A DNA stretch of 63,976 nt, filler included, from Reclinomonas americana ATCC 50394 (GCA_048213135.1; 51 parts of 51 records of this genome joined end to end with filler, not necessarily neighbours in it); one strand, 5' to 3'. Positions 13,051 to 26,612 are shown, counted from the whole stretch's first letter. Translations and numbers: made by a program. Notes: generated from the letters alone by a model not told the origin.

Positions 13051-13745
13051 ATAAGAGGGACTGAGATCGAGATATCTACTGTATATAGGCAGGAGTTGAG
13101 AGAGACAGGAAGGAAGGAAAACGGCAGTGGAAGAAAGGAGATTAACAGACCGACACACCATTCCACACGTAAAGCCGCCGCTATTTGGCGAGGACCCTGC
13201 GCATGCCCTGGGAGGAAGGTGCTTGGTACTCCACACCCATAAGCCTGGAAGAGACGGCGCGATTGACCGGCCGCACACCCTGATGCTGTGTGTGCAGCTG
13301 CAGGCAGTGGATGCCTGTTTCTGCGTGTTAGTTGTTTTTGCAGTATCTTTGCTAACCGCCGTCTTGGTGAGGAGTAGGATAGGCACACAAACACAGACAG
13401 CATCGATAACACGAATACCAAAAGAGCCATACAAAACATTAACATGAATCCAAAGAGGCAGAAGCAATAGCACACTCCATCTCTGTCCCTCTCTCTCATC
13501 CCCCACATGCCACCACAGATACACTCTGTCGCCTTGTCTCTCTCATGTCTCCTCCCTTGCAAATGATCATGCATGCGTGATGCTGTGCAGCAGCATCGAG
13601 GGAGAGAACGAGAGCGAACGCGCGTACAAGAGAAAGAGAGAGAAGAGACAGAGAGTAGAGAGAGAGAAGAGAGAGAGAGAGAAGAGAGAGAAGAGATAGG
13701 AGAGAGAGCGAGAGAGAGAAGAGAGAGAGGACAGAGAGGAGAGAG

Positions 13746-13798
<53 letters not shown>

Positions 13799-13976
13799 AG
13801 AGAGAGAGAGAGANNNNNNNNNNNNNNNNNNNNNNNNNNNNNNNNNNNNNNNNNNNNTTAATTAATTAANNNNNNNNNNNNNNNNNNNNNNNNNNNNNNN
13901 NNNNNNNNNNNNNTTATTCGCTTCCCACACACCCATTGCGCCGCTCCCCTTACACTCCCATTCGATTTCATGCAGC

Positions 13977-14832
13977 TTGAAGGCCGTGCTGCCGATCTAC
14001 CTCAACGAGTACCTGAAGTATAGCGAGGATACCTCCACCGCGCTCGTCCACACCTTTATCTTTGGCGCCTACGTTGCGCGCCTACCATTCCTCCGCGCAC
14101 TCTTGCCGATTATCTCACTTGTCTCGCACAGTTGTTCCCGCTGTTCGGCGGCTGGCTCTCCGACTCGGTCATTGGCAAGTTCAAGACCATTCTCTACCTG
14201 TCCATTGTGTACGTCATCGGCAGTGGTGTGCTGGCTGGCACGGCATTTGAGGAGACTGGCCGCTGTTGCGTTCTTAGCAATTCCTCCGTCCGTCCCGTGC
14301 ACACATACATCTCTTCACACCAACCTCCTTCTCTTCCTCCACGCAGGGGGCTGCGCCCTCGGCCTCTTCCTCATCGCCGTCGGTACCGGAGGCATCAAGC
14401 CCTGCGTCAGTTCATTTGGCGGCGACCAATTCGTCGTCGGTCAAGAACGATTATTGGACTCGTTCTTCTCCTTCTTCTACCTCAGCATCAACATTGGCTC
14501 CATCGGCTCCACCATCCTCACGCCGATTCTGCGCAAGCAGGTGTCGTACAATTGGGCCTTTGGTGTGCCGGCCATCCTGCTGGCCATCGCCACCATTATC
14601 TTTGTGCTCGGCTACCGCAAGTACCGCATGGTGCCGCCGGGCGCCAACATGATTGTGGAGGTGTGGCGCGTGGTGGCCACCGCCTGCTCCGCCGGTCGCT
14701 CGTCGCACTCGGGCTGCTGCGGAGGTTGCTGCCAAGGGTGCTGGGCGCAGTGCTGCTGCACGTGCAAGGCGTGCTGCCCGGATCGCGAAAAGGGCGAGTT
14801 TCTGAAGCGGGCGACCGTGAAGCATTCGCAGG
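13977..14832 (+). CDS. POT/PTR family peptide transporter, internal exons
   Basis: Spliced: FIFGAY|LFPLFGGWLSDSVIGKFKTI...GTGGIKPCVSSFGGDQF...FFSFFYLSINIGS (PTR2 signature). Confidence 0.93.
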
Positions 14833-14955
14833 GTGAGTGGGGGGAGGGGGAAAGGGGAGGGAAGGGAGGGAGGGAGAGGGATGGAGAGGGAGAGAGGCAA
14901 AGAGAGCGCGAATTAAGTCAAGAACGACAGATGCAGGATTCACTCTTGGAAAGAC

Positions 14956-15028
<73 letters not shown>

Positions 15029-15030
15029 GA

Positions 15031-15074
<44 letters not shown>

Positions 15075-15196
15075 NNNNNNNNNNNNNNNNNNNNNNNNNN
15101 NNNNNNNNNNNNNNNNNNTTAATTAATTAANNNNNNNNNNNNNNNNNNNNNNNNNNNNNNNNNNNNNNNNNNNNCGTACACTCATTATGCTCTGGC

Positions 15197-16335
15197 TTAA
15201 TACTTGAACTCCGCGGCGAAGTTGAAGAACCGATGACCCAGTGCCCCGGCTGCCGTCGGGCGTCGTCTCGGACTGACAGTCAAGAGTTGCTTCACCAAGT
15301 CGACAGCTTCGTCGAGACGACGGCGTTGCCACTCGGTCTGCATTGGCGAAGATGCCATCCGGCGCGTATGCCTTCGCAGTTGCCGCAGCAACCACTTTCG
15401 CATGCGGCAGCTGTCTGTGAAGCAGGTATCGTCGTCAATGTCCATGTCGCGCATGCGGCAGCCGAGAATGGCCTCGGCAATCACAATGCCGGCACTCCAC
15501 ACGTCAGACGCGAAGTGCCACTTGCACTGGCGCTCCTCACACTTCTCCAGCGGATTCGGCTGCGACTCTGGCGCCTACAAGCACAAATTCAAAGATCAAA
15601 CGACTGTGAGGCACCGCAAAACGATGCACCAATTGCAACACAGTTGACGATTGTACGCACCCAGTAGCCTTTGGTGCCCACAATTTCAGAGTAGACTGGG
15701 TCATCGTCTGGTACGTAAAGTGCCAGACCCCAGTCGATCAGCACCGCCGACATGTTGGCGCGCGAGAAGCACACATTGTCGCTCTTGATATCGCAATGCA
15801 CGTAACCTTCCGAAACAGCATGTGTAAGTGCCTCAAGAAGCTGTCGTGCCAGCATTCCCGCCTCGTCAAGCGACTCTGGCCAGTCACTACCATAGTACGG
15901 CATGGAGAATCCAACCCAGTCGCCCTTCGTCGAGCAGTATGCCAGCACGGTCGGCAGCGTCGCCACTTTCCGCGAACGGAGCTCCTCCAGTACTTGCACT
16001 TCGGGTGCCTGCCCGTCAAATGTGGTGTCGCACGGTCGATACTTTAGCCACTTGACCACAATGTTCTCGTCTGGGGTAGTGTGCGAAAAGTTGGTTATTG
16101 GCGATACACTTGACAGCATTCGCAAAGCAGACTGACGGTTGACATACCAGGGTGAAGCAGAACGGAGCCGGTCGCTGTTTCATGCAGCCTAACAGCCATC
16201 GGGTCCAACAGTATAGTGTCACTGGTTCCACCGTCAGTGCCGCCCTCACTCTCCGATTTGGATCCCCGATCGCCGTCTCGGTTTTTGTCACCGCCATCCG
16301 TGCCGGATTTGTCGTCGCGCGAGTTGGAACCGCCC
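15197..16335 (-). CDS. Ser/Thr protein kinase, C-terminal part (introns 16147-16071 and 15660-15575)
   Basis: IVVKW, HCDIKSDN, LIDWGLA, GTKGYW|APE, SDVWSAG, RRPTAAGALGHRFF-stop. Confidence 0.88.
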
Positions 16336-17992
16336 NNNNNNNNNNNNNNNNNNNNNNNNNNNNNNNNNNNNNNNNNNNNTTAATTAATTAANNNNNNNNN
16401 NNNNNNNNNNNNNNNNNNNNNNNNNNNNNNNNNNNCGGGGGTGGTTGCGGCACAACAGGTGGTGGTGGTGCTGCTCCTCCTCCACTGGTGGTGTCAATCA
16501 CTGAACGGGCGACTGCACTGGGGGCGTCGGTGACAGGGCGAGATGCGCGCAACGACTGCTGTTGTTGCTGCTGCTGCTGCTGACGCTGCTGCGGGCCTTT
16601 GCGCGATCGAGCAAAGCGATCCACGTCGTGCTGCACCACAGCAAAACAACAAAGGTCGTAAGAGCGCGTGCGGGACACAAAAACGGTTTGTGCGGGACGG
16701 AAAACCTGGGCAATGGCGACTGCGCGCTGGGCGTCGTCGTCGGCGGCGTCGCCACCGCCGTAGACGTCGCCTTCGAGCAGGTGGGTGGCGCTGAGGGGAC
16801 GACGCAGGCCACCGACGTCGTGCTGGCGGTGAGCGTCGACGTCGCCGTATTCGCCGACAACCAGGCCGTCATCGTCGTCGTCGTCGTCGTGCGGAAACAG
16901 TGACGGAGCAAAGTGCCGCTGGTCGGCCACCTGGCTACGGTCACGCATGCTGCGCATGATTTGCTCCTGCTGCTGCTTCAGCATCTCCTCACGTCGTTCC
17001 TGCACCGACAGTGTCAGTTCTTCCCCCTTGTGACGCACGTAACACACGCACACGCGGATACCTCCTGCTCACGGAGTGAAGCGAGAATATTGTGGCGGTC
17101 GCCCGAGAGTCGCGCCACACCTCGTTCCACTTGCTTCCGGTTTTCCTCCTCCACATTGGTCAACAGCTTCGCAATGGTGCTCTGTTGCGCGAGCAGCACC
17201 TCCGAGAACGCCACCTCCCAGTTCTCTTCTTCGTCGACCTGTGCCGCCGCCATCTTCTTCATGCGACCACGCACGGTCTCCGACACGCCGCCCACGGATG
17301 CCGGCAGCTTGGCCGCGCCAAACAAGCGCACATTGCGCGCTCGTCGCACGGCCTGTCGCAGCGATTGCATAATGTTGCGCTGCTCCGGCACCGAAAAATC
17401 GGCCTCCAAATCGCACAGCTGCAGGAACTTTTGCACATCCAGCGGCCGGAACGGCGGCGGTGGCTGCTGGCGGTTCAGCACGTAAAAGCGGCCAAAGGCC
17501 ACCTCGCGCAACTCTGCGTGCAGACGCAGCTTGGCCACAGCCTATCATGCATGCGTGGTGAGATTGTGCCCTCCCTGAACCCGTAGTGGAAGGGGNNNNN
17601 NNNNNNNNNNNNNNNNNNNNNNNNNNNNNNNNNNNNNNNTTAATTAATTAANNNNNNNNNNNNNNNNNNNNNNNNNNNNNNNNNNNNNNNNNNNNGAGAA
17701 AGGAAAAGAGTGGGCGGTGGAGCAACATCAAGAACAAAAGTAAGTGCAGCGTATGCTTTCATAAAGAAGAGAAGGAAGAGGAGGAAGAGGCTGATAAGGG
17801 GAAAGGGAGAGAAGTGGCACCCCAACAACTGCACGAGCCACATGGACACGAGGAGACGAGGATGTGAAATGGTACAAGAATGCAAGTGACGCTCAAAAGC
17901 TGAAACATTGTGCGATCGGTACAAATAAGAAGCCAGGCGCACGCTTCGCGTTTCCCTTCCCCTCTCTCCCTCCGTCTCCCCCGCAACGCAAC

Positions 17993-18480
17993 GTAGTGGA
18001 ACCTCCAAACTCGTGGCACCATCGGTGGTCAGATAATACAAGTGGCTGTCCCCGTAGTAGCTCTCGTTGGTGCGGTCGACCTCGTTGTGCGCCCACACGA
18101 GAGCGGCGTTGCCGATCGAATTGAAAATCACATCGACCTTGTCCGCCATGACACTCTTGTGTGCCGTGGCGTCGCGCACGTCAAAGTTCGGGAATCGGTA
18201 GAAGCGCACGTGCGTCGGCGATCCCTTTCGTGTCGGCACCACTGTCGCCAGTCGGATCGAGTCGTCCGAACCGTGGCACAGGAAGGCGCCATCCAAACCC
18301 GTCGTCCTGTGAGGGATGCGAAGAAATTGAGCGTGCGATGTTCTTGGCATCCAAGAGACACTGAGACGAAACGTCAGGCGCGTGACTTCCTGCGACATGT
18401 CGGGAGCCTCGTAAAACACAGCATCGGTGCGCGTCTGTCGCATGCAATACCGCTCGTCGTTTGTCCACTGGAACACGGGC
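17993..18480 (-). CDS. EIF2A: Eukaryotic translation initiation factor 2A, internal exons
   Basis: FQWTNDERY...ADKVDVIFNSIGNAALVWAHNEVDRTNESYYGDSHLYYL matches the eIF2A conserved block. Confidence 0.85.
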
Positions 18481-18779
18481 CTGCGACGGAGGGGAAAGAG
18501 AGGTGAGAGGGAATAGAGGGAGCAGGGGGAGAGGGAGAAGGAGGGGAAGAAGAAGGAAGGGAAAGGAAGAGAAAGTGGACTGAAACAAGAGGAGAAAAGC
18601 AGGTAGTGAGACGACTTTTTCGACAGCTGACAGAGAAAGGGAAAGCGAGACAAGTGGAGGGAGAGCGATGGCGGGGAGCGGGACGAATCGTCGACACCTG
18701 TTCGTGAAGAGAAACAGAAAGTGATAAAGAGGAGACAAGAGGAGGGAGAGCGACGGAGAGAATGGCGAGGAAGAGAGAA

Positions 18780-18834
<55 letters not shown>

Positions 18835-18952
18835 AGACGAGTACGTACGACGNNNNNNNNNNNNNNNNNNNNNNNNNNNNNNNNNNNNNNNNNNNNTTAA
18901 TTAATTAANNNNNNNNNNNNNNNNNNNNNNNNNNNNNNNNNNNNNNNNNNNN

Positions 18953-19538
18953 CCGGCACCGGTTCTTCGGGCGCACGCGCATCGCCGAGGTGCCCGAATG
19001 GACGGCGATCGAGATCGACGACGAGCAGCAGCTGCGGGTCGCCCGCGCGCTCGCCGCCCTGCACGAGGCGCCGGCGTCAATCCCGGTGCGCGCCGTCGTC
19101 ACCGACTTCGACGGGGTGCACACCGACGACACGGCGATCATCGATGCCGACGGCGGGGAGCGCGTCCGCGTGAGCCGCGAGGACGGCATGGGTGTGGCGC
19201 TGCTCCGCCGGGCCGGAGTGCCGATGCTGATCCTCTCCACCGAGGTCAATCCGGTCGTCCGCGCGCGTGCGGACAAGCTGCGCGTCCCGATGCTGCACGG
19301 CATCGATGACAAGGAGACCGCTCTGCGCACCTGGGCGCACGACAACGATCTGCCCCTCGCCGACATCGCCTACCTCGGCAACGACGTGAACGATCTGCCT
19401 GCCATGCGCATCGTCGGATGGCCGGTCGCCGTCGCGGACGCGCATCCGCTGGTCCTCGAGGAGGCGCGCGTCGTGCTGCAGCGCCGCGGCGGCGACGGCG
19501 CCGTTCGCGAGCTGGTCGAACGGGTGTTGTCGAGCTGA
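18953..19538 (+). CDS. neuA: Acylneuraminate cytidylyltransferase C-terminus fused to a KdsC-like HAD domain, 5' partial (Actinobacteria)
   Basis: AIEIDD (CMP-NeuAc synthetase end), VTDFDGVHTD (HAD motif I), YLGNDVNDL, GGDGAVRE. Confidence 0.85.
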
Positions 19539-19633
19539 CCGACCCCGGTAACCCTCCGGACGCACGTCGTTCACTCTCGGCGCGTACCCAGGAGGGAAGG
19601 GTCCGCGAGGGCCGTTCGACGACCGGAGGAATC

Positions 19634-20113
19634 ATGACTGTCAGCATCGGCTCACGCGTGATCGGCGGCGGCCGTCCCGCCTACGTCATCGCCGAGATCG
19701 GCCTGAACCACAACGGCGACGTCGACATCGCGAAGCGGCTCATCGATGTCGCCGCACGCGCCGGCGCCGATGCGGTGAAGTTCCAGAAGCGCACGCCCGA
19801 GATCTCGACCCCGGAGCACATGCGCGACGTCCCGCGCGAGACGCCGTGGGGGACCATGAGCTACCTCGACTACCGCCGCCGCGTCGAGTTCGGTCGCGAC
19901 GAGTACGTCGAGATCGGCGACCACGCGACGATGCAGGGCCTCGACTGGTTCGCCTCGCCGTGGGATGTGCCGAGCGTCGCCTTCCTGGAGGAGCTCAACG
20001 TCGTCGCCCACAAGGGTCGCCTCGGCGAGCCTCACCGACACCGATCTGCTGATCGCCCTCCGCGAGACCGGGAAGCCCGTCATCCTGTCCACCGGGATGT
20101 CGACGATCGAGCA
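19634..20113 (+). CDS. neuB: N-acetylneuraminate synthase family protein, 3' partial, +1 frameshift near 20014
   Basis: GGAGG RBS; YVIAEIGLNHNGD, ADAVKFQKR, WFASPWD; the reading continues as KVASASLTD..KPVILSTGMST in another frame. Confidence 0.9.
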
Positions 20114-20279
20114 NNNNNNNNNNNNNNNNNNNNNNNNNNNNNNNNNNNNNNNNNNNNTTAATTAATTAANNNNNNNNNNNNNNNNNNNNNNNNNNNNNNN
20201 NNNNNNNNNNNNNGAATCCAACAGCTGTGAGACGACAAACCGCATTCTCTGTTTTGTTTTCGCTCTTCCTCGCACTCAC

Positions 20280-21184
20280 CGGCTTCACGTCGGGAATGTT
20301 GAGGTAGAAGCGTGGCAGACCACGGGCCGCCTCCCACACGGCAAAGAGTGCGGTTGTTTGCCTCTGGTACTCCTTGTACAGACGAATGCACGACCGCGCA
20401 GTCAACTTGTCCAGAGAGAAATAGTTGTCTGCGGTGGCGGTAGCGCGGTCAGTTTGCCAAACCACTTCTTCCATCCCCCACACCCTCTTCACTCACCGAG
20501 CATGTTGAGCACGCCCTCATTGATGGCGGCAAACAGACGGAACGACTCCTTCATCAGCAGGATGAACGACGCCATGGTGGTCTCGTTCGCCAGCACACCC
20601 TTGCGGAACTGCGCGACATGAGGTGAGCGCGAGACGACGGGGAGGAGAGCGGCGCAGAGGATGGCATCCGTACCGGGAACGAGATCATGAAATTCAGCTG
20701 CTCTTGCACCTTCTCAATGGCCACAATGAGATCCTGCATGTTGACAATGCCGGCGAGGCGAGTCGGTGTGCCCTTGCTGGCCGAGGTGGCCGGCGCGCCG
20801 TCCAGCACCACATCGAATCCCAGCGCCTGCATCACGTACAGCTTCTGCTCAAGGTAGCGCGCGTACATCTGAATGTACTCGGACTGCGCCATGGCCATAT
20901 CGTCCTCGTCGTCCATAAATGTGCCCAGGTTGAACACCTCCGTGGCCGCACGTGACAGCTTCTCCGCAAACAGACGAGGACCCTCCAGCAGCAAGCGGTG
21001 GAACACCACCAGCGTCTTCATCGTCGGCTGCAAGCACTGCAGTGTCAGCCAGCAGCGGCGGCAGCGACAAGGGAGATGAAGGGAGACGCAACAATCCACT
21101 GGTTGGTCTTGTAGCGCTTGAGCAGCATGACCACAATGTCGGAGATGGCCTCCATGCCACCGCGGTGCATCTCGCTGATGAGGC
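20280..21184 (-). CDS. ANTH-domain clathrin assembly protein (AP180/PICALM-like), internal exons
   Basis: KTLVVFHRLLLEG, SEYIQMYARYLEQK, LLMKESFRLFAAINEGVLNML, YFSLDK...LYKEY. Confidence 0.88.
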
Positions 21185-21490
21185 CTGCAAACTCACGCAA
21201 GTCAGAGAGAGAAGAGAGAGGGAGCGATGAAGAAAGAGGGAGGGAGGTGAGGGGAGGGAGAGAGAAGGGAGAGAGCGGGAGAGAGAGAAGGGAGAGAGAG
21301 AGGCGCATGCATTCACTTACAAAACGCAGTGAGCCTTCGAGCATGTCTCTCTCTCTCTCTCGCTCTCTCTTGNNNNNNNNNNNNNNNNNNNNNNNNNNNN
21401 NNNNNNNNNNNNNNNNTTAATTAATTAANNNNNNNNNNNNNNNNNNNNNNNNNNNNNNNNNNNNNNNNNNNNGGTTGGTCGGTCGTTACG

Positions 21491-21573
<83 letters not shown>

Positions 21574-21731
21574 AGTGAGACGAGGTTGTGCGGCGAGGCA
21601 GCGCAATCGCACGCAACTTCAGAGACATAGATGACTTGTGTGTATGGGTCAATGAAAATGTCGGTGGGGCTGAGAAAAAGGGGTCAGCAAATAACCCTCG
21701 ACGTGGACGAGCGCGGCAACAGGAAACTCAC

Positions 21732-22260
21732 TGCGAAAAGCGCGCATCGCTGGTGCCGTTGACAAAGCCCGGCGTCGCAATACCGCCAGCAAAGACGCTC
21801 ACAGTGCCAGAGAGAGTCACTGTGCGAATGACATGCGTGCTGCACGCCGATGAAAGGTAGGGTGAGTTGCGACACAAAACACAGCCGGCTCATAAAAAAA
21901 AAACATACGCACTCATACTCTGTGAAAAATGCATTGCCGGTGGCGTCCACCGCAACACCCTGTGTGCAAACAGTGGCCAGTTGTGAGCGATCTCGCATCA
22001 GCACAAGGCATTGCCTCTGTCCCAAATAGGCACACACCCACGGGGAGGAGCTCGCGGCCAGGGTGGAGACCGAAATCGCTCCGCCAATGGCACTGGACAC
22101 ACCAGAGATTTGAAAACCAAGGCCGCCCACCGCGATGCCGGTACTCGACAAGACAGAGCCCTGCAGCGTGATGGTGGTGCTCGTCGTCGCAGAGGGAGCG
22201 AGGGTGGTGATGGTCGGAACACCTGCAACACGCGTTGTCAGAAAACTGCCAAGTATTCTC
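21732..22260 (-). CDS. NHL-repeat-containing protein fragment (eukaryotic, spliced)
   Basis: QGVAVDATGNAFFTE and GTVSVFAGG..PGFVNGTSDARF are NHL repeat motifs. Confidence 0.6.
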
Positions 22261-22730
22261 TCCCTGTCTTCGCCACCCAAAACTTTGCGTGTGGACGGCC
22301 GGTCTGCGACTCGGGCACGGTACCGACAGCAGAAGCACTTTCTCGACGGAGAGCGGCGAACTCGTCATAATTGGCCAAGCGCGCTTTGCATGCACATCGT
22401 CACGCGCATCGTGATGGCCGGTGTCGCTGCCGTCATTCACCTCCGTCGCACGAACACGCACCTGTTGCAAACACGACATGATGTACTCGTCCACTCCCGC
22501 TGCTGCTGAGGAAGGCGGCGGCGTCCACCACAACTCGCAGCCATTGGCGATGCGCAGGGAGGCAGTCGGCGCCTCGGCGGCAAGGGAAAACGAGTGTCGT
22601 GAGTGGCGATTGACGTCGACAGCGCGGAGCNNNNNNNNNNNNNNNNNNNNNNNNNNNNNNNNNNNNNNNNNNNNTTAATTAATTAANNNNNNNNNNNNNN
22701 NNNNNNNNNNNNNNNNNNNNNNNNNNNNNN

Positions 22731-23888
22731 GGCCGATCGTCTGCAGCAGATTGATGAGAAGCGGGCGATGGAGGATGAGCAGTTTGCCGACGAGGAGGTT
22801 TTCGATGCCATGTGGGAGGCCGAGCGGCAGAAGAAGGTGGCGCGTGAGGAGGCCGAGAAGGAGGCGCGACTGGAGGCCGATCACAAGATGCGGCAGTATC
22901 TCGATCAGCAGATGGAGGCGGTGCGGGAGCGCAAGGCGGAGGCGGACCGTTTGGAGGCCGAGGAGCGGGCGCTGATGGCGGAGCAGTGGGCGTTGGAGGA
23001 GCGGCAGGAGGCGGCGGACCGTGTGGCGCGCCAGGAGGCCAAGCGCCGCATGGCTCGCGAGCTCAACTACTACAACGACTTGCAGAAGCGCGAGGCGGAG
23101 GAGCGGGCACGGAAGGAGCGTGAGGCTGATTTGGCGTTGCTGGAGCAAGTGCTGGAGCGCGAGCGTCAGGCGGTGGCGTCGGAGAACGAGCACCAAAGAC
23201 GACTGTATGCCGAGGCCGACGCGTACCGCTTGTGGCTGCGTGAGTTGCGCCGACAGGAGGCGGCCGAGGAGGCGCACGTGGAGAGATTGCGTGCGCGCGA
23301 GTCGGAGCGTGAGTGGCAGAAGCGAATGTCGGTGTGGGAGCGCGAAAAGGCCGAGCGCGAGGCCCTCATGCGCGAGGTGGTCAACGAGCGGCGTCGCCAG
23401 ATTCAGGAGAAACGTTGAGTGTGATGTTTGAGAGAAGAGAAAGAGAGTGAGAGAGAGATTTGCTGACAATGTTCTTCCTGCAGTGGACATTAATCGTGCC
23501 GCACGCGATGCCGTGGTGCACGAGCGTGAGCGTCTGGTTCGCGAGATGGAGGTCCTGGCGGAGATGGATCGCGCCGAGGCCGAGGAGCGACTGCGCGAGC
23601 GCATGGAGATGCAGCGCGTGGTACGCGCACAAATGGACCAGCGGGACTGGGAAAAGGTGATGTACCGCGTAGAGTAGCGAGAGAGACAGCGACAGCGACA
23701 CAAGCAACGTTTCTCAATTCTCCTTGGTATCGATGCAGCAAATGGAGCAAGAAGCCAAGCTGCGTGAGCGACTGGAGGCCGAAGAACGGCAACGACGCGA
23801 GACGGAGCGACTGAACAGCGAGCTGGCGAATCTGGCACTACAAGGCCAAAAAGCCATGAGCACCATCCGGACGCGCACCTCGACACGA
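22731..23888 (+). CDS. Trichohyalin-plectin-homology coiled-coil protein, CFAP53-like (ciliary)
   Basis: E/R/Q-rich coiled coil with MWEAERQKK, LDQQM and EWQKRMSVWEREKAEREALMREV...QIQEK; two GT-AG introns. Confidence 0.65.
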
Positions 23889-23988
23889 NNNNNNNNNNNN
23901 NNNNNNNNNNNNNNNNNNNNNNNNNNNNNNNNTTAATTAATTAANNNNNNNNNNNNNNNNNNNNNNNNNNNNNNNNNNNNNNNNNNNN

Positions 23989-24968
23989 ACGATCTCTACA
24001 AGGCAGCGACGATCTTCTTCTCCATCACCCTCTCGCTGCATCTCCTGCACGGCACGCATAGCCAAGCGGGCGTCGCGAAGCTCGTCGCTGGCCAGACCTT
24101 GCGGTGTGCTCCACACGCGCACTACACTGTCACCACAACCGCCCACGATCCGCTCACCGTCTCGAGAGACAGCAACAGAGGACACCCTTGCAGTTCGACC
24201 CTCCAAACGACACACCTCTTCTCCACTCGCCAGCGACCACACACGTACTGTTGTGTCCCAGCTCCCACTCACGACGCGCTGACCATCGGGAGTAACGGCG
24301 ACAGCCAACACCCAGGAAGAGTGACCATCAATCCGACGCACCTCTTCTCCATGCACAAGAGACCACACTCGCACTGTCTTGTCGTATCCACCATTCACAG
24401 CAAACTGACCATCGGGAGTGATGGCGACACAGCTCACAGTTCCTGTGCGACCCTCCACGCAACACGCTTCTTCTCCACTCACAAGCGACCACACGCGCAG
24501 AATGTTGTCCCGACATCCACTGACAATGCGTTGCCCATCGGGAGTGACAGCGACACAGTTTACACTTCCTACGCCTCCCTTCAGCCGCCGCACCTCCTCT
24601 CCACTCGTCAGCGACCACATCGCACTGTGGCATCGCAGCTGCCACTCACCACGTGATGGCCATCGGGAGTAATGGCGACAGATCGCACAGAATTAGTGTG
24701 ACCCTCCAACTGTCGCACGAGCTCCCCCGTTGCCAGTGACCACACGCGCACTGTTCTGTCCCAGCCTCCGCTCACAATGTGCAGACCATCTGGAGTGACA
24801 GCGACAGAGTACACGATGTGCGTGTGTCCCTCCATCAGTCGCACCTCTTCACCGCTCACCAGTGACCACACGCGCACTGTGGCGTCGCAGCTGCCACTCA
24901 CAACGTGTTGCCTGTCGGGAGTGAAGGCGACGGAGAGCACTGCTGAAGTGTGTCCGTGCAGGCACTTG
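23989..24968 (-). CDS. WD40-repeat protein with highly similar 42-aa repeats; 1-nt frameshift near 24620
   Basis: Seven repeats of GH..V.SVAVTPDG..VSG.D.TVRVWSL..GEE. Confidence 0.85.
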
Positions 24969-26502
24969 CAGAGAGGAAGAGTGGGAGGTGATGACATGCG
25001 GAATAGGGAAGGAGCGACGGTGAGAAGTGAGAGAGTGTGTGAGAGGGGGGAGTGCTCTTCGCGTGGCTGTCGTTGAGTACGTCTGTCGTTGATATGTGTG
25101 CGGGACGGACGATTCGAAGTTTACCAACGGGCCACCTTCATTGACNNNNNNNNNNNNNNNNNNNNNNNNNNNNNNNNNNNNNNNNNNNNTTAATTAATTA
25201 ANNNNNNNNNNNNNNNNNNNNNNNNNNNNNNNNNNNNNNNNNNNNAGGCGATACTGCTCTCTTCGGCGCCGCATTACTACTGCCATCGACAGAGGTTGGC
25301 ATCCCTGCTGCTGTGGTGGTGGTTGTCGTCGTCGTCGTAGTTGTCGTTGTGGTGGTGGTGGTGGTATTCGTCCCTTGTGAATCGCCGGGTCCGCCGCGCG
25401 GACTCACCTGCACAAAATCGAGCAGTCGTTCCTGCCACAGCAAGTCAGCACCAGAGTAGCAAGGCATGCTCACGCGCTTGCCTTTCGTGCCAAACCAGTT
25501 GATTGCGGAACGGGCTCACATGGGCCAGCGAGTCCGTGAGTGCAGGCTGCAAGCGCGGGGTTGCCACGGGCATCGCCGCCGACGCCGCTGCCGTAGTCGC
25601 CGCTCCCTTGGCCAGTGGCAGCAATCGCCGCCGCCGAATCGCCGGTCTCTCACTGCCAGGCAGACGGCCATTAGCAGCATGTCATGAGACACACCGCGTA
25701 CACCGACGCAGAACGCAACAGGCTGGCCTCCTTCTCGGTGGGACCAAACATTCGCGAAAACGTGATACACTCCAAGTCCGACACCAGCAACGGCACCACC
25801 TTGGCGCCCCCCGCCACCAGCGCCATGAACCGCCCACTCCCCTCTGTCAACTCCACACGATACGCTGGCTCACTCGTGCGTCGCATCGATGCCGACGACG
25901 ACTCTGTGCGAACAGCGGGTGGCGACAGACTCCTCAACAGCGCCACCAGTCGCGCCGACGGCACATGAATCTCCACCGACTGCGCTCCCGTCTGCTGCCC
26001 ACTGCGCAACTCACTCAACAGCGCACGATACGACACATCTGCACCAGCACTGAGTGACACGAGAGAGACCAGTGAGCGCAAGATGAGGAGAGCGACCGTA
26101 CCACGCAAGAGATCGCGCTCCGCGACCGCCGACGCCGCAGTAAGTGCCTCCGCCACCTTTTGCGCCGATACCCACACCACAGTCTGATGCGGCAGTGTGT
26201 ACTCGGCCAGCAGAAACAGCAGTCGACGAGTGGACCGTGCTGTACACACAAGTCACACAGAGCTGAACGAGAGAGAGAGAGAGAGAGAGGCGAAGAGAAG
26301 AAGACGCAACTCTCCTCACTCGTGTCGTCGACAGTCGACGAAGAGGAGGAAGGCGGCTTTCGCCTCGACATTGCGATGATTGTAACGTTCGATGTCCAGC
26401 TCNNNNNNNNNNNNNNNNNNNNNNNNNNNNNNNNNNNNNNNNNNNNTTAATTAATTAANNNNNNNNNNNNNNNNNNNNNNNNNNNNNNNNNNNNNNNNNN
26501 NN

Positions 26503-26576
26503 GAAGAAGAAGAAGAAGAAGAAGAAGAAGAAGAAGAAGAAGAAGAAGAAGAAGAAGAAGAAGAAGAAGAAGAAGA

Positions 26577-26612
<36 letters not shown>

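Noticed and set aside
20010..20020. Programmed frameshift in neuB (and in the gene near 50575)
   Set aside because: Single-base indels at or near short G runs in small contigs, without slippery heptamers; sequencing error is more likely.
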